A DNA stretch of 64,000 bases. It comes from Frankiaceae bacterium (GTDB lineage: Bacteria > Actinomycetota > Actinomycetes > Mycobacteriales > SCTD01). The stretch covers positions 1,653 through 65,652 of the forward strand of contig JAENVS010000012.1 of the NCBI GenBank assembly GCA_016650445.1. The letters are read 5' to 3'. Below are positions 1-9,720 of this stretch, one piece after another (position 1 is the stretch's first letter; each line of letters begins with the position of its first letter). A model generated the notes under the pieces. The model made no database searches, was not told the origin of the DNA, and was given only the letters and a program-made list of their open reading frames with translations. The translations under genes were made by a program, and so were the position numbers.

Positions 1-48
1 ACCCGACGCGCCGGCCCGTCGCGCGGCTCGCCTGACCCGTCGAAGCAA

Positions 49-1176
49 CTAGCGCGATCGCCAGATCAGCACGAGCCCGCGGTCGTCGCTGGCGTCGGCC
101 CCCACCTGCTCGACCAGGTGCTCCGCGCCACCTTGGAAGCCGCGGGCGATGAGGTGCTCGGCAGCACCCAGCAGCTTGTCGATGCCGACGGTCAGGTCGC
201 GGCCAGGGACCTCGACCAGCCCGTCGGTATAGAGCAGCAGGGCGTCGCCGGGTCGCAGGAAGCCGCGGTCGGGGGTGTAGGTCGCCTTGCGCATCAGGCC
301 GAGCGCCGGGCCGGCGGTGTCGAGCAGCGACCACCGGCCGCTGCCGGCGTCGAAGTGCGCGGTGGGCGGGTGCCCGGCGCTCTCGACGAGGTAGGCCCCC
401 GTCTCGAGGTCGAGGCTCAGGTGCACCGCGGTGGCGAATCCCTCGTCCCAGTCCTGCGTGACGAGGTAGCGGTTGGCCGCCGGCAGGAAGTCGGCCGGCT
501 CGAGGGCGTCCAGGAGTCCGCCGAGCGCACCCGACAGCAGCAGGGCTCGGGCCCCTGCCTCGACCCCCTTACCCGACACGTCGACGAGAGCGATGTCGAG
601 GCGGCGACCGCCGTCGGCAGAGCTGCTGACGACAAAGTCACCCGCGAAGGGTCCGCCGCCCGCCGGTCGCAGGACCGTCTCCGCGCACCAGGGCGACTCG
701 AGGCCCGGCAGCTCGCCCTGCAGCTCGAGTCGCCGTCGTAGCTCGACGAGCACGCTGTCACCCCGCAGCCCACCGAGCCCGGTCTCCTCGCGCGAGCGGG
801 AGAACTCGTTGGCGACGACGCCGGTGACGACGACGGTCACGAGCGCGCCCGGTCGGGACTCCGCGAAGCCGAGCGCGAGCACGTCCCAGACCAGGCAGCC
901 GGCGACCACGAGCATGAGCTGCCGCATCGCACGGCGACCCAGCAGCAGGCCGCCGAACAGCAGCGGGAGGACCTGCGCGGCCGGCGGGAAGGCCGCCGCG
1001 CTCACGGCGAGGCCGAGCCCGTGGATGCCAAGTGCCAGCCCGACCAGGACGGTCAGCGCGACGACCTCCGGCGGCGGCTCCCGGCGGGCGCGGGTGAGAG
1101 CGCGGGGAACCGCACCGAGCACGGATCGGGCCCCCCGCGCTGCCGGAGACCGCCTCTCCACGGCCGGAGCGCTCAT
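49..1176 (-). CDS. Membrane-anchored PP2C/SpoIIE-type serine phosphatase
   Basis: ORF 49..1278. Hydrophobic N-terminal segments are followed by PPM-like motifs (DVSGKG, LLLYTDGLVE). Start moved to ATG 1174-1176 (MSAPAVE) because the upstream extension is Arg-rich. Confidence 0.75.
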   Translation of the reverse strand: MSAPAVERRSPAARGARSVLGAVPRALTRARREPPPEVVALTVLVGLALGIHGLGLAVSAAAFPPAAQVLPLLFGGLLLGRRAMRQLMLVVAGCLVWDVLALGFAESRPGALVTVVVTGVVANEFSRSREETGLGGLRGDSVLVELRRRLELQGELPGLESPWCAETVLRPAGGGPFAGDFVVSSSADGGRRLDIALVDVSGKGVEAGARALLLSGALGGLLDALEPADFLPAANRYLVTQDWDEGFATAVHLSLDLETGAYLVESAGHPPTAHFDAGSGRWSLLDTAGPALGLMRKATYTPDRGFLRPGDALLLYTDGLVEVPGRDLTVGIDKLLGAAEHLIARGFQGGAEHLVEQVGADASDDRGLVLIWRSR

Positions 1177-1262
1177 CGCCCGCAGGTTACCTGTGCGCCT
1201 GTCTGCCCGTGGGCGCCGTACAAACCCGTGGCGGTTGCGCGAGGACTCGGCATAGTGGCCGG

Positions 1263-2474
1263 GTGACCTTCGACACACGCACCCTGACCACCGACGACCT
1301 CGAGGGAGTCTGGCAGCTGCTCGAGCGTGCCTTCGGCGGGTCCAACCCGCCGGAGGACCGGCCCGTCGAGTTCGCCCTGGTCGACCCCAAGCGCTTCTAC
1401 GGGACGTACGACGGCGACATCCCGGTCGCGACGGGAGGGTCCTTCGCCCTGACGATGACCGTGCCCGGCGGACTCCGACCGGTCGCCGGAGTCACCTGGA
1501 TCGGGGTGGCCCCGACGCACCGCCGTCGCGGTCTGCTCACATCGTTGAAGCGTCGGATGCTCGACGACCTGCACACCGCGGGCGAGCCGCTGGCCGCGCT
1601 CTGGGCATCCGAGGGCGCGATCTACCAGCGCTTCGGCTACGGCCCCGCGGCGTGGAACGTAAGCCTGTCGATCCCCAGCGGCGCGGCCTTCAACCGACCG
1701 GTCGACGTCGGCGATCTGCAGCTGACCGAGCCGGACGCGAAGGCGCTCGCACCGGTCTACGACCAGGTCGCCGCCCGCAGCCTGGGCTGGTCCGCGCGCG
1801 ACGAGACGTGGTGGGACTACCGCCTGCACGACCCGGCGCACAACCGGTCCGGCGCGAGTCCGCTGCTGTCCGTCGTGGCCGGCGGGCCGGCCGGCGCGTC
1901 GGGCTACGCCCTGTACTCGACGAAGCAGCAGTGGGAGGGCGGTACGTCGGCGAGCACCGTCATCGTGCGCGAACTGGTCGCGGCCGACCCCGCAACGCAC
2001 GCCCGGCTGTGGAGGTACCTGCTCGACCTGGACCTGATGAAGACCGTGACGGCGTACTTCGCCGGGGTCGACGACGCGATCCTGCACCTGCTGGCGGAGC
2101 CGCGGTCAGCGCAGGCCAAGCTGAAGGACAACCTGTGGGTGCGGCTCGTCGACGTCCCGGCGGCGTTGGGGCAGCGCAGCTACGCGACCGAGGTCGACGT
2201 CGTGCTGGACGTCGTCGACGAGGTCTGCCCGTGGAACGCAGGACGGTGGCGACTCAGCGCCGGCCCGGACGGCGCCACCTGCACCGGCACCACGGACGCC
2301 GCCGACCTCCGGGTCAACGCCGGCGACCTCGGCGCGGCCTTTCTCGGCGGGTCGAGCCTCGTCGCGCGGGCAGCGGCGGGTCACGTGGTGGAGCAGCGAG
2401 CCGGCGCACTGGCCGCGGCGTCGATCGCGTTCGGCTGGCCCGGTCCTGCGCCGTACGCGCCGTTGGTGTTCTAA
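1263..2474 (+). CDS. Eis-like GNAT N-acetyltransferase with SCP2-like C-terminal domain
   Basis: ORF 1209..2474. GNAT core (VAPTHRRRGLLTSL, YQRFGY) and C-terminal region resemble the Eis/UPF0256 family. In-frame GTG at 1263 (VTFDTRTL) is the likely start. Confidence 0.7.
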   Translation: MTFDTRTLTTDDLEGVWQLLERAFGGSNPPEDRPVEFALVDPKRFYGTYDGDIPVATGGSFALTMTVPGGLRPVAGVTWIGVAPTHRRRGLLTSLKRRMLDDLHTAGEPLAALWASEGAIYQRFGYGPAAWNVSLSIPSGAAFNRPVDVGDLQLTEPDAKALAPVYDQVAARSLGWSARDETWWDYRLHDPAHNRSGASPLLSVVAGGPAGASGYALYSTKQQWEGGTSASTVIVRELVAADPATHARLWRYLLDLDLMKTVTAYFAGVDDAILHLLAEPRSAQAKLKDNLWVRLVDVPAALGQRSYATEVDVVLDVVDEVCPWNAGRWRLSAGPDGATCTGTTDAADLRVNAGDLGAAFLGGSSLVARAAAGHVVEQRAGALAAASIAFGWPGPAPYAPLVF

Positions 2475-3268
2475 GCAGGCTGGCAGACCGGGCACCAGAA
2501 CAGGTTGCGTCCGGCCATCACCTGCGTGCGGACCTCCGTGCCGCAGCGCCGACACGGCAGGCCGTCGCGCCGGTAGACGTAGTGGCTGTCCTCGCGCGTC
2601 GGCGTACCCGATCGGCGTTCGCGGTCCTCGCGTGCCGTCGTGACGATGCGACCAAGGCGGACACCGCCGCGCATCAGCATCACCAGGTCGAGCCACAACG
2701 CGTCCCAGCGCTCGCGCTCGAGGTCGCGGCCGGCGCGGAACGGCGAGAGGGCCGCGCGGTAGAGGACCTCGGCCCGGTAGACGTTGCCGACGCCGGCAAG
2801 CACCTCCTGGTTCATCAGCAGCTGCCCGATGGGCGTCTTGCTGCGCGCGAGGCGCTGCCACGCGAGGTCGGGGTCTGCGGTCGGCCGCAGCGGGTCAGGG
2901 CCCAGTCGTGCCAGCACCGCCTTGCGCTCCGCGGGTGTCACGAGGTCGCAGTGCGTCGGCCCGCGCAGGTCGAGCCACTGCTCGTCGGTCGTGATGCGCA
3001 GCCGCAGCGCACCACGTGGCTCGGGTGCGGGCAGAACACCCCCGGCGAACGCGCCGTACAGCCCGAGGTGCACGTGCAGCAGCTCGCCGCCGTCGAAGCG
3101 GTACCAGAGGTGCTTGCCGTACGGCTCGACCCGCGTCACGACGCGGCCGTCGACGAGCGCGGCCCCGGCCGCGAACCGTCCCTGCGGGCTGCTCACCCGC
3201 ACCGGCCGACCGAGCAGCAGCTTCGTGTGCTCGCGGGCGAGGCGGTGGATCGTGTGCCCCTCGGGCAC
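2471..3268 (-). CDS. nei: Endonuclease VIII (Nei) / Fpg-family DNA glycosylase
   Basis: N-terminus MPEGHTIHRLA (as in the Rv2464c type), H2TH region, C-terminal zinc finger CRRCG...CPVCQ. Confidence 0.85.
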   Translation of the reverse strand: MPEGHTIHRLAREHTKLLLGRPVRVSSPQGRFAAGAALVDGRVVTRVEPYGKHLWYRFDGGELLHVHLGLYGAFAGGVLPAPEPRGALRLRITTDEQWLDLRGPTHCDLVTPAERKAVLARLGPDPLRPTADPDLAWQRLARSKTPIGQLLMNQEVLAGVGNVYRAEVLYRAALSPFRAGRDLERERWDALWLDLVMLMRGGVRLGRIVTTAREDRERRSGTPTREDSHYVYRRDGLPCRRCGTEVRTQVMAGRNLFWCPVCQPA

Positions 3269-3742
3269 TCAGGCCCCCGGTAGCGGCGGCAGGGTCCCGT
3301 CGTTCTCGTACGACGACAGCATCTGGATCCGTCGCGTGTGCCGCTCGTCGCCGGAGTACGGCGTGTCGAGGAAGAGCTCCACGAGCCGCACCGCCGTCGC
3401 CTCGTCGTGCATCCGTGCACCAACGCTCACCACGTTGGCGTCGTTGTGCTCGCGGCCCAGCTTGGCCGTGTCCTCGCTGTGGGCGAGGGCGCACCGGATG
3501 CCCTTCACCTTGTTGGCCGCGATCGCCTCGCCGTTACCGGACCCGCCGATCACGATGCCCAGCGAGCCGCTGTCCTTCGCGACGCCCTCAGCCGCCCGCA
3601 GCACGAACGGCGGGTAGTCGTCGATCGCGTCGTACTCCTTCGGCCCGTGGTCCACCGGCTCGTGGCCGAGCTCGGTCAGCCGAGCGACCAGCCTTTCCTT
3701 CAGCTCGAAGCCGGCATGGTCAGACCCCAGGTGCACCCGCAT
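3269..3742 (-). CDS. rpiB: Ribose-5-phosphate isomerase B
   Basis: MRVHLGSDHAGFELKE..GIVIGGSGNGEAIAANK motifs. Start at the second ATG (3742). Abuts the nei start. Confidence 0.9.
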   Translation of the reverse strand: MRVHLGSDHAGFELKERLVARLTELGHEPVDHGPKEYDAIDDYPPFVLRAAEGVAKDSGSLGIVIGGSGNGEAIAANKVKGIRCALAHSEDTAKLGREHNDANVVSVGARMHDEATAVRLVELFLDTPYSGDERHTRRIQMLSSYENDGTLPPLPGA

Positions 3743-3975
3743 GTGCAGCAGTCTTGCGGATCTCGTCATCTCGGACTAACCGGGGTGACTCGCCGGCGTT
3801 TCGGCCCGGCAACTCCGAGATCGACAGGGGCGGCCCCGTCTAGTTGTCGTGACGAGAGACCCATCAACGTCGTCCAGCGCGGGAGCGGAGGCGTATGGAC
3901 TCGCGGAAGCCGCCTAGAGCGAGCGAGCGCAGCGAGTGAAGCAGCGGCGGAGCGAGTTCGTGCGCCGAAGCGGGT

Positions 3976-5412
3976 CTAGAGCTGGAGTGACTTGATCTCG
4001 AGGAACTCTTCGAGGCCGTACTCCCCGAGCTCCCGGCCGTTGCCGCTCTGCTTGTAGCCGCCGAACGGCGCGAGCGGGTTGAACCGGCCGCCGTTGACGT
4101 CGACCATGCCGGTCCGCATCCGACGGGCGATCGCTACGGCGCGCTCCTGGTCGCCGGAGAAGACCCCGCCAGCCAGGCCGTACGGCGTGCCGTTGGCGAT
4201 CTCCACCGCCTCGTCCTCATCGGCGTACGGGATGACCGCGAGGACCGGCCCGAAGACCTCCTCCTGCTCCACCCGCGACCCCGGCTTCACGCCCGCCAGC
4301 ACCGTCGGCTTCACGTAGTAGCCGCGCTCCAGACCCTCCGGCCGCTCCGGACCGCCGACGACGACGGTCGCGCCCTCGGCCACGGCCTGCTCGATGTAGC
4401 CGATCACCTTCTTGTACTGGTTGGCGTTGGCGAGCGGTCCGACCCGGGTGCCCTCGGCGGTGGGCTCACCAACCGGGTACTTCGCGGCGGCGTCGCGCGC
4501 GAGCTCGAGCACCTCGTCGTACTTCGACGCAGGCACGAGCATCCGGGTCCACGCCGTACACGTCTGTCCGCCGTTGATGAAGCAGTTGGCCAGCCCGACC
4601 TTCACGGCCTTGCCGAAGTCGGCGTCGTCGAGGATGACGAAGGCGCTCTTGCCACCGAGCTCGAGCGAGACCTTCTTCACTGTCTCGGCGGCGACCGACA
4701 TCACGCGCTTGCCCGCGGCGGTCGACCCCGTGAACGACACCATGTCGACGTCGGGGTGCTCCGCGATGCGCTCGCCGACGATCGGGCCGAGCCCGGTGAC
4801 GACGTTGAACACACCCGCCGGCAGACCGATCTGCTCGAAGACCTCCGCAAGCGCGTACGCCGAGAGCGGCGCGACCTCCGAGGGCTTGAGCACGACGGTG
4901 CAGCCGGCGGCGAGGGCGGCTGCGACCTTCGCGACAACCTGGTGCAGCGGGTAGTTCCAGGGCGTGATCGCGCCGACGACCCCGATCGGCTCCTTGACCA
5001 CCAGCGAGTTGGCGATCTGCTCCTCGAACGCGTAGGTGTTCGCCATTTCGGCGAACGTCCGCAGCACGCGCACCGGGTTGCCGACCTGCACCGCCACCGA
5101 GAACGACAGCGGCGTGCCCATCTCGCTGGAGATGAGCCTGGCGATCTCGTCGGTCCGAGCCTCGAGCGCGTCCGCCGCCGCGGCGAGGAGCCGGCCCCGC
5201 TCGTCGGCGGGGGTTGCCGCCCAGGCGGGGAAGGCCGCGCGGGCGGCCGCCACGGCACGGTCCACATCCTCGGGCTCGCCCGCGGGGACCGAGGCGATCT
5301 GCTCCTCGGTCGCCGGGTTGATCACCGGGATCGCGTCCCGTCCGGTGGCCGGCACCCACGCCCCGCCGATGTAGAACGTGTCCTTGCTCTGGATCGCTGC
5401 GTCCGCCGTCAT
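3976..5412 (-). CDS. NAD(P)-dependent aldehyde dehydrogenase
   Basis: 478 aa with ALDH signatures (ITPWNYP, FTGSTAAGK, LELGGKSA, CTA catalytic Cys region, EEVFGPV). Confidence 0.9.
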   Translation of the reverse strand: MTADAAIQSKDTFYIGGAWVPATGRDAIPVINPATEEQIASVPAGEPEDVDRAVAAARAAFPAWAATPADERGRLLAAAADALEARTDEIARLISSEMGTPLSFSVAVQVGNPVRVLRTFAEMANTYAFEEQIANSLVVKEPIGVVGAITPWNYPLHQVVAKVAAALAAGCTVVLKPSEVAPLSAYALAEVFEQIGLPAGVFNVVTGLGPIVGERIAEHPDVDMVSFTGSTAAGKRVMSVAAETVKKVSLELGGKSAFVILDDADFGKAVKVGLANCFINGGQTCTAWTRMLVPASKYDEVLELARDAAAKYPVGEPTAEGTRVGPLANANQYKKVIGYIEQAVAEGATVVVGGPERPEGLERGYYVKPTVLAGVKPGSRVEQEEVFGPVLAVIPYADEDEAVEIANGTPYGLAGGVFSGDQERAVAIARRMRTGMVDVNGGRFNPLAPFGGYKQSGNGRELGEYGLEEFLEIKSLQL

Positions 5413-5436
5413 ACGGCCGACCCTACGTCTGCCGGG

Positions 5437-5583
5437 CTAGGCCTCGGCAGGCTCCTGGGCGGGCTCGTCCTCGCGCTGCGCCGGGACCTCGGCGTAGATG
5501 GCCTCGTAGAGGGCCTCGCGGGCGGGCAGCATCACCCAGCGGCACTCGTCGACCGACCAGTACTGCCCCCGTGCGGTCCCCAT
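5437..5583 (-). CDS. Small hypothetical protein (48 aa)
   Basis: In-frame ATG at 5583 (MGTARGQYWSVDECRW...) 24 nt upstream of the ALDH start. No recognisable domain. Confidence 0.3.
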   Translation of the reverse strand: MGTARGQYWSVDECRWVMLPAREALYEAIYAEVPAQREDEPAQEPAEA

Positions 5584-5644
5584 GGCTCCCCCGGACGCCT
5601 CGACTGCCCGCAGTCTGGACCCGCGGCGGCCGCCTGTCTGCCCC

Positions 5645-6304
5645 TCAGACGAACTGGGGGCCTTCGGTACGGGTGCGCTTGAGCTCGTAGAAGTGCGGGT
5701 AGCCGGCAAGCAACCGAGCCCCGTCCCAGACCCGGCCGGCCTCCTCGCCGCGCGGGATCCGCGACAGCACCGGCCCGAAGAAGGCGACCCCGTCGACGTG
5801 GACGACCGGGGTCCCGACCTCAGTGCCGACGGGATCCATGCCGTGATGGTGGCTCGCGCGCAGCGCGACGTCGTACTCGGTGGAGGTGGCCGCGTCGGCG
5901 AGCGAGGCCGGCAGACCGACCTCCTCGAGAGCGCCCAGCAGCAGCTTCGGGTCGTCGAGCTCGAGCTTGTCGTGGTGGATGCGCTCGCCGAGCGCGGTGT
6001 ACAGCGGCGCGAGGACCTCGTCGCCGTGTGCCTGCTGGGCGGCGATGCACACCCGCACCGGTCCCCAGGCCTTGCTCATCCTGTCGACGTAGTCCTCGGG
6101 CAGGTCCCGGCCCTCGTTCAGCACCGCCAGGCTCATCACGCCCCAGCGGACGCTGATGGGGCGGACCTTCTCGACCTCGAGGACCCAGCGGGACGTGATC
6201 CACGCCCACGGACACAACGGGTCGAAGTAGAAGTCGACGGCGGTGGTGGCTGATTTGTCGATGTGGTTGTCCTTCAGAGTCACACCTTCCGCAACGGGGG
6301 CCAT
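5645..6304 (-). CDS. DsbA-fold mycothiol-dependent reductase, Rv2466c (Mrx2)-like, CPWA variant
   Basis: Strong resemblance to the Rv2466c-type sequence ([53 protein letters not shown]). Start ATG at 6304. Confidence 0.8.
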   Translation of the reverse strand: MAPVAEGVTLKDNHIDKSATTAVDFYFDPLCPWAWITSRWVLEVEKVRPISVRWGVMSLAVLNEGRDLPEDYVDRMSKAWGPVRVCIAAQQAHGDEVLAPLYTALGERIHHDKLELDDPKLLLGALEEVGLPASLADAATSTEYDVALRASHHHGMDPVGTEVGTPVVHVDGVAFFGPVLSRIPRGEEAGRVWDGARLLAGYPHFYELKRTRTEGPQFV

Positions 6305-6362
6305 CCAGTCACCATTCCGGGTGGCAGGATGTCGCGGGGACAACGGGAAGGCGCGGTACGGC

Positions 6363-8915
6363 GTGAGCGAGAACAACCTGCACCGGGACGAGGCTGCGGA
6401 GCGTGCCCGGCTGCTCCACGTCTTGTCGTACGACGTGCAGCTCGACCTCACCGACGGCAGCGGCGAGAAGCCAGGCGAGGACACCTTCGGTACGACGACG
6501 ACGGTCCGCTTCACCTGCAGCGAGCCCGGAGCCACGACCTACCTCGACCTGACCGCAGACTCCGTGAGCGCCGTGAGCCTGAACGGCGTGAGCCTCGACG
6601 CCGCGTCGCTCTTCGACGGAAACCGCATCGCGCTGCCCGGCGTCGCCGCGGACAACGAGGTCGTCGTCCAGGCCCGCGGCACCTACATGCGCACCGGCGA
6701 GGGCCTGCACCGCTTCGTCGACCCGGTCGACGGCTCGGTCTACCTCTACACGCAGTTCGAGACCTTCGACGCGCACCGGATGTACGCCTGCTTCGACCAG
6801 CCCGACCTGAAGTCGGTGTTCACCTTCCACGTCCGCGCGCCGCGCGACTGGGTGGTGGTCTCCAACTACGCGGTCGAGGACGCACCGGCCGACGGCGAGC
6901 CCGGCACCTGGCGGTTTGCGCAGACCGCGCCGATGTCGACGTACATCACGGCTCTCGTGGCCGGGCCCTACGCGCACGTACACGACGAGCACGACGGGAT
7001 CCCGCTCGGCATCTACTGCCGGGCGTCGCTGGTGCAGCACCTCGACCCCGACGACCTGTTCACGGTCACCAAGCAGGGCTTCGACTTCTTCCACCGCGTG
7101 TTCGGCTACCGGTACCCGTTCGGCAAGTACGACCAGCTGTTCGTCCCGGAGTTCAACGCGGGGGCGATGGAGAACGCCGGCGCGGTGACGTTCCTCGAGG
7201 ACTACGTCTTCCGCAGCAAGGTGACCGACGCGGCGTACGAGCGGCGCGCGGAGACCGTGCTGCACGAGATGGCGCACATGTGGTTCGGCGACCTCGTGAC
7301 GATGCGCTGGTGGGACGACCTCTGGCTCAACGAGTCGTTCGCGACGTACATGTCCGTGCTGTGCCAGGTCGAGGCGACGCGCTACAAGGGCGGCTGGACG
7401 ACCTTCGCCAACACCGAGAAGACGTGGGCCTACCGGCAGGACCAGCTGCCGTCGACGCACCCCATCGCGGCCGACATCCCCGACATCGAGGCCGTGAAGG
7501 TCAACTTCGACGGCATCACCTACGCCAAGGGCGCGTCGGTGCTCAAGCAGCTCGTCGCCTGGGTGGGTCAGGACGCCTTCATGAGCGGCCTGCGCGATTA
7601 CTTCACCGCGCACGAGTTCGCCAACACCGAGCTGACCGACCTGCTCACGGTGCTCGAGAGCTCCAGCGGCCGCGACCTGTCGGCCTGGACCGAGGAGTGG
7701 CTGCAGACCGCGGGGGTCAACACGCTGCGCGCGGCGTTCGAGACCAACGGCGAGGGCGAGTTCACGAGCTTCTCGGTGCTGCAGGAGGCAACCGACGAGC
7801 ACCCGACGCTGCGATCGCACCGCGTCGCGATCGGCCTCTACGACCTGGTCGACGGCGCACTGGTGCGGTCGTCGCGTGAGGAGCTCGACGTCGTCGGCGC
7901 GAAGACCGAGGTGCCCGCGCTGGTCGGGCGCAAGCAGCCCGACCTCGTGCTCGTCAACGACGACGACCTCACCTACTCCAAGATCCGGCTCGACGAGCGG
8001 TCGCTGCAGACGCTGGTCGACCACGTGGGCGACTTCCAGGAGTCGCTGCCCCGTGCTCTGTGCTGGGCGGCCGCGTGGGACATGACCCGCGACGCCGAGA
8101 TCCCGGCCCGCGACTACCTCAAGCTGGTGCTCGCCGGCATCGGCGGCGAGGACGACATCGGTGTCGTTCAGTCGCTGCTGCGCCAGGCGCAGTCGGCGGT
8201 CACGCTGTTCGCGGACCCGGCGTGGGCACCGACGGGGCGGGCGGCTCTAGCGCGCGCGGCGTACGACGCCCTGCGGGCTGCCGAGCCCGGCAGTGACCTG
8301 CAGCTCGCCTGGACCCGCGCGCTGGGTGCCGTGTCGACCGAGCCCGAGCAGCTCGCGCTGCTCCAGGGCCTGCTCGACGGGTCGCAGCAGGTGCCGGGCC
8401 TGACCGTCGACGCCGAGCTGCGGTGGCACCTGCTGTACCGCCTCGTCGTGCTCGGCCTCGCTGATGACGACGCGATCGAGGCCGAGCTCGAGCGCGACCC
8501 GACAGCCGCCGGCCAGCGGCACGCGGCCTGCGCGCGCGCCGGCCGGCCCACCGCCGAGGCGAAGGCGGAGGCGTGGCGCCGCGCCGTGGAGGACGAGACG
8601 CTGCCCAACGCCGTGCAGGGCGCGGTCATCAGCGGCTTCTGGAACGCCGAGCAGACCGGCCTGCTCGAGGAGTACGTCGAGAAGTACTTCTCCGTCATCG
8701 GCGACGTGTGGCGCAACCGCTCCGCCGAGATGGCGCAGCAGGTCGTCATCGGGCTGTTCCCGACGCTGCTCGTGTCGCCGCAGGTGGTGGAGCGGACCGA
8801 CGTCTACCTGGAGGACCCCGACGTCCCGCCGTCCCTGCGGCGGCTGCTCCTGGAGAGCCGCGACGGCGTGCTGCGCGCCCTGCGAGCGAGGGCCCGCGAC
8901 GCCGCCGCCAGTTAG
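6363..8915 (+). CDS. pepN: Aminopeptidase N (M1 family)
   Basis: GAMEN and [20 protein letters not shown] zinc motifs. GTG start at 6363 ([11 protein letters not shown]). Confidence 0.9.
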   Translation: MSENNLHRDEAAERARLLHVLSYDVQLDLTDGSGEKPGEDTFGTTTTVRFTCSEPGATTYLDLTADSVSAVSLNGVSLDAASLFDGNRIALPGVAADNEVVVQARGTYMRTGEGLHRFVDPVDGSVYLYTQFETFDAHRMYACFDQPDLKSVFTFHVRAPRDWVVVSNYAVEDAPADGEPGTWRFAQTAPMSTYITALVAGPYAHVHDEHDGIPLGIYCRASLVQHLDPDDLFTVTKQGFDFFHRVFGYRYPFGKYDQLFVPEFNAGAMENAGAVTFLEDYVFRSKVTDAAYERRAETVLHEMAHMWFGDLVTMRWWDDLWLNESFATYMSVLCQVEATRYKGGWTTFANTEKTWAYRQDQLPSTHPIAADIPDIEAVKVNFDGITYAKGASVLKQLVAWVGQDAFMSGLRDYFTAHEFANTELTDLLTVLESSSGRDLSAWTEEWLQTAGVNTLRAAFETNGEGEFTSFSVLQEATDEHPTLRSHRVAIGLYDLVDGALVRSSREELDVVGAKTEVPALVGRKQPDLVLVNDDDLTYSKIRLDERSLQTLVDHVGDFQESLPRALCWAAAWDMTRDAEIPARDYLKLVLAGIGGEDDIGVVQSLLRQAQSAVTLFADPAWAPTGRAALARAAYDALRAAEPGSDLQLAWTRALGAVSTEPEQLALLQGLLDGSQQVPGLTVDAELRWHLLYRLVVLGLADDDAIEAELERDPTAAGQRHAACARAGRPTAEAKAEAWRRAVEDETLPNAVQGAVISGFWNAEQTGLLEEYVEKYFSVIGDVWRNRSAEMAQQVVIGLFPTLLVSPQVVERTDVYLEDPDVPPSLRRLLLESRDGVLRALRARARDAAAS

Positions 8916-8923
8916 CGGTGCAG

Positions 8924-9376
8924 CTAGTGGTGGCCTTGCACGGCGAGCTGGGTCGAGGGCTCGTCGTACGGCGGGAGTGCCTCGCGGCGACCGGCTGCGT
9001 CGGCCATCTGACGCAGTGCATCGACGATGCCGCCGGCGAGGTCGCCGCCGCTGAACGCCGTGGTCATCGACAGGATCGCGAGACAGCAGACGCGGTCGGG
9101 CACCCGGCGGCGGATGCGCGGTCCGGTGACGACCTCGACACGGCGCTGACCGGGGCAGACGACGACGAGGACAGCGGTCTGCGACCGCTCCGCGCCGAGG
9201 GCTGCGTGCAGCCGCTCAGCGGCTGCCCGGAACTGGCCGAGGTCGTCGAGGGCCAGGTCGCCGACGAGGACGGACACGTCCAGGCCGTTCTGGTTGCGGC
9301 AGCTCTCGATCGCCTGCTGGACCCGCTGCTGCGCACGCAGCGACAGACCCGCGTCACCAGCTGCCACTGCCGCCAC
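8924..9376 (-). CDS. DUF5130-family protein (Rv2468c-like)
   Basis: Conserved position after pepN. TPM-like sequence. GTG starts at 9376 or 9367. Confidence 0.65.
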   Translation of the reverse strand: MAAVAAGDAGLSLRAQQRVQQAIESCRNQNGLDVSVLVGDLALDDLGQFRAAAERLHAALGAERSQTAVLVVVCPGQRRVEVVTGPRIRRRVPDRVCCLAILSMTTAFSGGDLAGGIVDALRQMADAAGRREALPPYDEPSTQLAVQGHH

Positions 9377-9719
9377 CCCTCACGACCTCGCCGGGCTGTG
9401 CGTCCGCGACCGCCGCGGACGGGTCGAGCGGTCCTGCGAACCAGGTGGGCGGCGCGTCCCAGCCCATCTGCGGGCGGTAACGGGTGCCGCGCACGAGACC
9501 AGGCAGCATCACCAGCGCCGAGATCAGACCGATGATCGCCAGCGGCACGAGGACGTAGAGCCCGATCGTCCCTGCGGCCGACAAGCCCTCGCCCGGCTCG
9601 GCGCCCTCGCGCGGGCCGAGCGGGTTGCGATCGGCCAGCGCAGGGGCGGCCGTGAGCAGCACGGTCGCGACAGCCGACAGGGCCACGGCGGCACTCCGGG
9701 AGCGGTTCACGGGCAGCAC
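9354..9719 (-). CDS. Small membrane protein, function unknown
   Basis: GTG at 9719, directly after the malQ stop at 9721. Signal/TM segment AVALSAVATVLLTAAPALA and a second TM IGLYVLVPLAIIGLISALVML. Confidence 0.5.
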   Translation of the reverse strand: MLPVNRSRSAAVALSAVATVLLTAAPALADRNPLGPREGAEPGEGLSAAGTIGLYVLVPLAIIGLISALVMLPGLVRGTRYRPQMGWDAPPTWFAGPLDPSAAVADAQPGEVVRGGGSGSW

Positions 9720-9720
9720 G

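Noticed and set aside
3770-3975. 233-nt intergenic region with GAGCGAG-type repeats and a small GC hairpin (about 3823-3840) between the ALDH and rpiB genes
   Set aside because: I found no match to a known riboswitch or sRNA pattern, and the hairpin lacks a U-tract. It is most simply a terminator/promoter spacer. Not enough evidence to call a feature.
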